This document shows, in pieces, positions 58,937 through 64,000 of a stretch of 64,000 bases of DNA (position 1 is its first letter; the number at the start of each line of letters is the position of its first letter). The notes below the pieces were generated by a model. That model ran no database searches. It had not been told where the DNA came from and worked only from the letters and a program-made list of their open reading frames with translations. Origin of the DNA: Acidimicrobiia bacterium (lineage in GTDB: Bacteria > Actinomycetota > Acidimicrobiia > Spongiisociales > ZC4RG35); NCBI GenBank assembly GCA_025928935.1, contig JAICNB010000008.1, positions 2,456-66,455 of the forward strand, read 5' to 3'. A program made the position numbers and the translations under genes.

Positions 58937-59403
58937 CGGTCGAGGGCCCTGGCCAGCCCGTCGAGGGCGTCTTTCCCGACCTTTTCCAGGATGGGCCTCA
59001 TCAGGGGCCGGATGAATCTGAACAGGTTGCGGAACGTGAGATCTGCCGCGTAGTCGATCACAGTCATGTTGTCTTGACTGGCGAACGTGATCTCGTCGAC
59101 GGCGTGCAGCTTCTCACCATCGCCGACGAGTACCACGCGGTGGTCGGGCTGATAGACGGTGATCTCGTAGATCATCGGGGTCGTCCCTGCGCCGAATTTG
59201 ACCTCCAGTGCGAAACGGGTGCCTAGCCCTATCGGGCCCTCGGTGACCTTTCTCGACGCCACCACGCCGGGATCCCAGTCTTCGATGTTGGAGAAGTCGG
59301 CGGTGTATTCGAACGCCTCTGGTTGGGGCCGGGTCACCGAGCGACGCTCGACGAGGCGCACCGCCCCTCCAGGCGGTCGCCTGTTGTTGGTCTGTTGGCT
59401 CAT
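58933..59403 (-). CDS. SRPBCC/START family protein
   Basis: AFEYTADFSNIEDWDPGV, GTRF, AVDEITF, IDYAA; overlaps the SDR start. Confidence 0.85.
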   Translation of the reverse strand: MSQQTNNRRPPGGAVRLVERRSVTRPQPEAFEYTADFSNIEDWDPGVVASRKVTEGPIGLGTRFALEVKFGAGTTPMIYEITVYQPDHRVVLVGDGEKLHAVDEITFASQDNMTVIDYAADLTFRNLFRFIRPLMRPILEKVGKDALDGLARALDR

Positions 59404-59411
59404 GACACTTA

Positions 59412-59438
59412 TTCGTCACCGCCTGTGGTGACGGATGA
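59412..59438 (-). promoter_or_regulatory. SigK-like ECF promoter
   Basis: Minus strand TCATCC-N16-ACGAA, 8 nt before ATG 59403. Confidence 0.75.
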
Positions 59439-59488
59439 GCCCGCCCTCCTTTTCGGCCTTGTCCACTGGCGGGTAAGTGTTCGGTCTC

Positions 59489-59992
59489 ATGCACTCCGAG
59501 CCAGCAAGCGATCGCACGCACCGAAGTTCGTTGTCCAACTTGGCCGCTCTCGTGATCTTCGGCGGGGCCACGGCGCTGGTGGCCGGGCTCGGCTCATGGA
59601 TTACCGCAGCGTCGGTGGATAGCCAATGGTTCGATGCGCTGGCGAAGCCCGCCTTCTATCCGCCCTCGGCCACCTTCGGGATCGTCTGGACGATCCTGTA
59701 TGTGCTGATCGCGCTTTCCGTGTGGATCGCCTGGCGAGGTGGCGGTCGGGCCGAGATGCTCATCCCGTGGTTCATCCAGCTGGCGTTGAACCTTGGTTGG
59801 ACGATGGCGTTCTTCGGTGCCAGAGCACCAGAGATCGGGATGGTTGTGATCATCGCCCTGCTATTAGCGGCGATCTGGACGGCCGCGGCAATGTGGCCAC
59901 ACAGCCGATTCGCCGCCTTGATGTTCGTGCCCTACATCTTGTGGGTGGCTTTCGCCGCGGTGCTCAACTGGTCGATCGTTGCCTTGAACTAG
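59489..59992 (+). CDS. tspO: TspO/MBR tryptophan-rich sensory protein
   Basis: WFDALAKPAFYPP, FGIVWTILY, QLALNLGW..AFF, PYILWVAFA. Confidence 0.92.
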   Translation: MHSEPASDRTHRSSLSNLAALVIFGGATALVAGLGSWITAASVDSQWFDALAKPAFYPPSATFGIVWTILYVLIALSVWIAWRGGGRAEMLIPWFIQLALNLGWTMAFFGARAPEIGMVVIIALLLAAIWTAAAMWPHSRFAALMFVPYILWVAFAAVLNWSIVALN

Positions 59993-60052
59993 CGGGCAAG
60001 CATCAGAAAGGCTCCAACTCCGGTTGGATCAGCCGGCGACGCCGGTGAGTAG

Positions 60053-61300
60053 TTGGCTGGTAAGTGGCCAGCTCGAGCGGCCCAGCCTCTCACGGGGCGG
60101 GGGAACGAGATCTACGGTTGCCCCAATGTCGTCTCCCGCATCGGTACCGGCTTGATCTCGGCATTCTTCTTCACCTGGTTTGCAGCCGCGTGCCTCTGGA
60201 CGGTCAACGCGCTCCGCCGGCCGATTCCGCCGGGTAAGCCCTTCCCACCACTTTGGCTACCAGCGATGCTCGTGTCCGAGCTCGCTCCGGCGTACTTCCT
60301 TCTCAGGATCGCCGTCGCCGCGTTGTTCCTGACTCTCGGGGCGGCAACCCTGGCCATCGGACAAGCCGGCATGGTGCTCTTCGTGCTCTCCGAGATCGGG
60401 CTGATCGTGCTGATGTCGAGAACGACTCGAGCGTCCAGAGCTACCGGTCACCCGCCTTCCCTGCTCACCCTCTTCAAAGTCTGGGAACGGTGGCCGAAGG
60501 GTGTCGAACACCATGTCGAGGTGCCCTACTGGGGCTCCCTGACACTCGACATCTATGCCCGACGCAATCTGAATATGGCGCCGACGCTCATCTACGTGCA
60601 CCCGGGCTCGTGGATGCGAGGGAGACCGGGTCGACAATCACGGGCGATGTTCCATCGTCTCGCCAAGATCGGCTGGGTGATCCTGGATATCAGATATCCA
60701 CTGTCGCCGGAGGCGACCTTTCCCGAGCACCTGATCGGTGTGAAGCGGGCGATCGCATGGGCGCGTGAAGAGGGTGCCGGCTATGGCATCGATGGCAACC
60801 GCATCGCCATATCCGGTGGTTCCTCGGGGGCACATCTCGCCGCCCTCGCTGCATTGACCGCCCGCAATCGCGATCTGCAGACGGGGTTTCAGAAAGTCGA
60901 CGTCGAAGTGGCCGCCTGTGTTCCCTTCTACGGCATCTACGACCTCCTGGTCCGGAATCCCACCCGATATGACTGGCCGTTCATAGCGCAAAAGGTGATG
61001 AAGAAGCCCGCCTCGGAGGATCCCTACCTCTACTCACTCGGATCACCCATCGATCAGGTCCACGCGGAAGCGCCACCCTTCTTCGTCATTCATGGAGAGT
61101 TCGACTCGGTGGTCCTTCCGGCCGAGTCCGAGCACTTCGTCGAGGCTCTGAGGCAAGCGGACGTAGATACCTCTTACTTCGAGGTGCCCGGGGCACAACA
61201 CGGCTTCGATGCGGTGGCAAGTCTCCGCACCCGCGCAGTGGCAGCGCTGTGCACCGAGTGGCTGGAGAAGAGCGTCAACGGTCTCAGGCAGAACCGATAG
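60053..61300 (+). CDS. membrane-anchored alpha/beta hydrolase (HSL-type esterase)
   Basis: N-terminal TMs, LDIY, HPGSW, YPLSP..FP, GGSSGAHL, HGEFD, HGFD; true start probably later (TTG 60152). Confidence 0.85.
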   Translation: MAGKWPARAAQPLTGRGNEIYGCPNVVSRIGTGLISAFFFTWFAAACLWTVNALRRPIPPGKPFPPLWLPAMLVSELAPAYFLLRIAVAALFLTLGAATLAIGQAGMVLFVLSEIGLIVLMSRTTRASRATGHPPSLLTLFKVWERWPKGVEHHVEVPYWGSLTLDIYARRNLNMAPTLIYVHPGSWMRGRPGRQSRAMFHRLAKIGWVILDIRYPLSPEATFPEHLIGVKRAIAWAREEGAGYGIDGNRIAISGGSSGAHLAALAALTARNRDLQTGFQKVDVEVAACVPFYGIYDLLVRNPTRYDWPFIAQKVMKKPASEDPYLYSLGSPIDQVHAEAPPFFVIHGEFDSVVLPAESEHFVEALRQADVDTSYFEVPGAQHGFDAVASLRTRAVAALCTEWLEKSVNGLRQNR

Positions 61301-61369
61301 GAATTCGGCCTGCCAGACGCCGGTTTGGCAATCGATGTGCCTCTGGACGGGGTGCCAGCCACACCCGAA

Positions 61370-61396
61370 TGATCCATTCCGGCCTCCGCTGACGAA
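61370..61396 (+). promoter_or_regulatory. SigK-like ECF promoter
   Basis: TGATCC-N16-ACGAA, 6-9 nt before GTG/ATG 61403-61406. Confidence 0.72.
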
Positions 61397-61402
61397 TAAC
61401 AG

Positions 61403-62863
61403 GTGATGGCATCACCCAAGATCCTTGTCACCGGGGCCACCGGCTACATAGGCGGTCGTCTCGTTCCCCGGCTTCTCGAGTCCGGCTTCGAAGTTCGCTG
61501 CGTGACCCGAGATCCGGCCAAGCTGGAGGGAGTCTGGTGGCATCACCGCGCCGAGGTCGTCGTCGGAGATCTTCTCGACCCGGAATCACTGGACGTCGTA
61601 TTCGATGGCATCGATAGGGCCTTCTATCTGGTCCACTCGATGGATGGATCGAGTGGGGGCTTCGACGAGCGTGATCGCCGCGCCGCAGCCAACTTCAGCG
61701 CCGCAGCTGACCGAGCCGGGCTACGCCGGATCGTCTATCTGGGCGGGCTGGGAGAGGGCGATCTGAGCCCTCATCTCGCCAGTCGACAGGAGGTAGGCCA
61801 GGTCCTCGGCTCGGGCGCCACCCCGGTGACCGAGCTCCGGGCGGCGGTCATCATCGGGTCGGGCTCGGTGTCCTTTGAGATGCTGCGGTACCTCACCGAG
61901 GTCCTACCCCTGATGGTGACCCCAAAGTGGGTGCGGACCCTTTGTCAGCCGATCGCCATCCGCGACGTCCTCGAGATCCTGTTGGCCTCGGTGATGGAGG
62001 ATGGGCCCAATGTCATACACGAGATAGGCGGGCCCGACCGACTCAGCTACGAGGAGATGATGCGGGTCTACGCAGAAGTAGCCGGTCTTCCCCGGCGGCG
62101 GATCATCAGGGTGCCGGCCCTGAGCCCCCGTCTTTCGAGCCACTGGATCGGTCTGGTCACCCCACTGCCCACCGGGGTCGCCAAGCCGCTCGTCGACAGT
62201 CTCACCGTCGAGGTGACCGTCGACGACAACTCCTTTGCCAAGAGGGTCGCTGGGCCCCTCATCGGATACCGCGACGCCGTCTCTCGTGCCCTGACAAGAG
62301 TCACCGACCTCGACGTTGCCACCCGTTGGACAGGAGCCTCCTCAGATCCGGCGGTCCCTTTTCCTGCCGATCCGGACTGGTCGGGAGGCACCGTCGAGAT
62401 CGACGAGCAGATCGTCAGCAGCACCGCCCGCCCCGAGGACCTGTTCTGGGCGTTCAGCCGCATCGGCGGCGACATCGGCTACTACGCGATGAACTGGGCG
62501 TGGAAGGCGCGCGGCCATCTCGACTCGCTCGTCGGCGGTGTCGGCCTGAGACGGGGGCGTCGTCATCCCGAGGAGCTGCGGAAAGGCGAGTCAGTCGACT
62601 TCTGGCGGGTTGGTTCCGTAGTACCCGGCCGGTCGTTGGACCTCTACGCCGAGATGAGGGTGCCCGGAGAGGCATGGCTCTCCTTCCGGGCGGATGAGAC
62701 GCCGAACGGGAGAGACGGCTCGGTCCTCACGCAGACCGCCCTGTTCCGTCCGCGGGGACTGCTCGGGCGTCTGTACTGGTGGGCGATGTTTCCATTCCAT
62801 CTATTCATCTTCAAGCGAACGGCCAAGCGCATCGTCGACATTGCCGAACACCGGCATTACTAG
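61403..62863 (+). CDS. YbjT-like atypical SDR with C-terminal DUF2867
   Basis: VTGATGYIGGRL, YLVHSM, HLASR, IIGSGSVSFEM, QPIAI, RIGG, DFWRV, AEMRVPGEAWL, PRGLLGRLYW. Confidence 0.92.
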   Translation: MMASPKILVTGATGYIGGRLVPRLLESGFEVRCVTRDPAKLEGVWWHHRAEVVVGDLLDPESLDVVFDGIDRAFYLVHSMDGSSGGFDERDRRAAANFSAAADRAGLRRIVYLGGLGEGDLSPHLASRQEVGQVLGSGATPVTELRAAVIIGSGSVSFEMLRYLTEVLPLMVTPKWVRTLCQPIAIRDVLEILLASVMEDGPNVIHEIGGPDRLSYEEMMRVYAEVAGLPRRRIIRVPALSPRLSSHWIGLVTPLPTGVAKPLVDSLTVEVTVDDNSFAKRVAGPLIGYRDAVSRALTRVTDLDVATRWTGASSDPAVPFPADPDWSGGTVEIDEQIVSSTARPEDLFWAFSRIGGDIGYYAMNWAWKARGHLDSLVGGVGLRRGRRHPEELRKGESVDFWRVGSVVPGRSLDLYAEMRVPGEAWLSFRADETPNGRDGSVLTQTALFRPRGLLGRLYWWAMFPFHLFIFKRTAKRIVDIAEHRHY

Positions 62864-62872
62864 GACGTCGTT

Positions 62873-62957
62873 ATCAGATCAAACGGCGCAACATCAAAGC
62901 CTCCATCAATCGCTCGCCCATGGCGCGACCTCAGGTCGAGCATGTGTTCGGGTCAAG
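62873..62957 (-). pseudogene. degenerate copy of the promoter, SOS box and first codons of the Rv2578c-like gene
   Basis: 62933-62957 matches 50597-50621 at 23/25; similarity continues over GCTCGCCCATGG and a frameshifted PFDL (vs LFEL) remnant. Confidence 0.7.
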
Positions 62958-63024
62958 GGGAGGAGCGGATGCACCCGGCGTGGCCGGCGGGCAGACTGCG
63001 ATGGGTCACACGGGAGGGTGATCG

Positions 63025-64000
63025 GTGCAGTTCCATCTCAACGGATTCAGACCGGGAGACCCCTCGATCTCCGAGCCTGCCTTTCCCGAAGGATCGCGAC
63101 GGGACATGCCCGATGAGGTCGATGTCCTGATCGTCGGTGCTGGGCCGGCCGGGCTGACATTGGCCGCACAGTTGTCCGCCTTTCCGGAGATCGTGACCCG
63201 GATCGTCGAGCAGAAACCCGGCCGGCTGCTGCTCGGCCAGGCCGACGGCATCGCGGTACGGACGATGGAGATGTTCGAGGCGTTCGGGTTCGCCGACCGG
63301 GCGCTCGCGGAGGCGCACTGGGTCAACGAGACGACCTTCTGGCAGCCCGACGAGAGCCGTCCGGACACGATCGTGCGGGCGAGCCGGATCCAGGACACCG
63401 AGGACGGGCTGTCCGAGTTCCCCCATGTCCTCCTCAACCAGGCCCGCGTGCACGACTTCTACCTCGACATCATGGCGCGGTCATCGACGAGGCTGGAACC
63501 GGACTACTCGTGCCGCGTGATCGACCTCCAGGTCTCAGAGACAGGGGACCACCCGGTCACGGTCACTATCGAACGCAGCGATCCAGATCGCACAGCGCGG
63601 GTCCGGGCCAGATACGTGGTGGGCTGCGACGGGGCCCATAGTGCCGTCCGGACGCTCATGGGGAGCACCCTGCACGGAGACTCGGCCAACCGCGCCTGGG
63701 GCGTCATGGACGTGCTGGCGGTCACGGACTTTCCCGATATCCGGCTGAAGTCCGCCATCCACTCCAACAACGAGGGCAGCCTTCTGATCATCCCCCGGGA
63801 GGGCGGGTATCTGGTTCGTATCTACGTCGAACTGGACGAGCTCAGAGAGGGTGAGCGGGTGGCCGCCCGAAACATCACATCAGATCATGTGATCGCCGCC
63901 GCACGGCGGATCCTGCACCCCTACTCCCTGGAGGTGCATGAGCTCGTGTGGTGGTCGGTCTACGAGATCGGGCAGCGGCTGTGCGACAAGTTCGACGACG
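63025..64000 (+). CDS. phenol 2-monooxygenase / 3-hydroxybenzoate 4-monooxygenase family FAD monooxygenase (3' end runs off the window)
   Basis: Hand translation MQFHLNGFRPGDP...DVLIVGAGPAGL...GQADG...LNQARVHD...VGCDGAHS...WGVMD...TDFPDIR...IIPREGG...YEIGQR; GGGAGGG SD; absent from the ORF track. Confidence 0.9.
   Translation, partial: MQFHLNGFRPGDPSISEPAFPEGSRRDMPDEVDVLIVGAGPAGLTLAAQLSAFPEIVTRIVEQKPGRLLLGQADGIAVRTMEMFEAFGFADRALAEAHWVNETTFWQPDESRPDTIVRASRIQDTEDGLSEFPHVLLNQARVHDFYLDIMARSSTRLEPDYSCRVIDLQVSETGDHPVTVTIERSDPDRTARVRARYVVGCDGAHSAVRTLMGSTLHGDSANRAWGVMDVLAVTDFPDIRLKSAIHSNNEGSLLIIPREGGYLVRIYVELDELREGERVAARNITSDHVIAAARRILHPYSLEVHELVWWSVYEIGQRLCDKFDD

Noticed and set aside
50622-62863. 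Carotenoid or photolyase genes expected in a light-response cluster; prophage or ICE origin
   Set aside because: No crt, photolyase, integrase, transposase or phage genes were recognised in the window

Overview
High-GC actinobacterial chromosome window (gene content and order suggest Acidimicrobiia; this is inference) spanning the replication origin. The core is rplI-rpsR-ssb-rpsF, panB, nfo, pyrE, uppS, pepP, argH/argG, cca, pseudokinase-sigM-antisigma-trxBA-cwlM, parBA-rsmG-jag-yidC-yidD-rnpA-rpmH, dnaA-oriC-dnaN-recF-dciA-gyrBA and DUF3566. DnaA boxes, DnaA-trios, parS sites, an S6:S18 leader and LexA/SigH/SigM-like sites are visible. Four accessory parts stand out. (1) A complete mrp Na+/H+ antiporter operon is followed by a fused secDF. 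(2) A lone AbiEi/DUF559 nuclease gene sits between two 59-bp imperfect palindromes of identical architecture (candidate transposase-free mobile cassette). (3) An orphan, motif-degenerate PilT lies next to an HDAC/GNAT divergon. (4) A ~12.3 kb block (50.6-62.9 kb) is bounded by a degenerate duplication of the LexA-boxed promoter and 5' end of a radical SAM gene. Inside it, five SigK-like promoters (NNATCC-N16-NCGAA) precede a DUF4397/class F sortase/HTH-less B12 photoreceptor-like operon, a ufaD/ufaO/ufaM-like fatty-acid modification operon, an acyltransferase and SDR genes; TspO and an esterase lie among them. This is a candidate light/singlet-oxygen stress island. No tRNA, rRNA, CRISPR, integrase or transposase was recognised. 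All calls come from reading motifs by eye; no searches were run.
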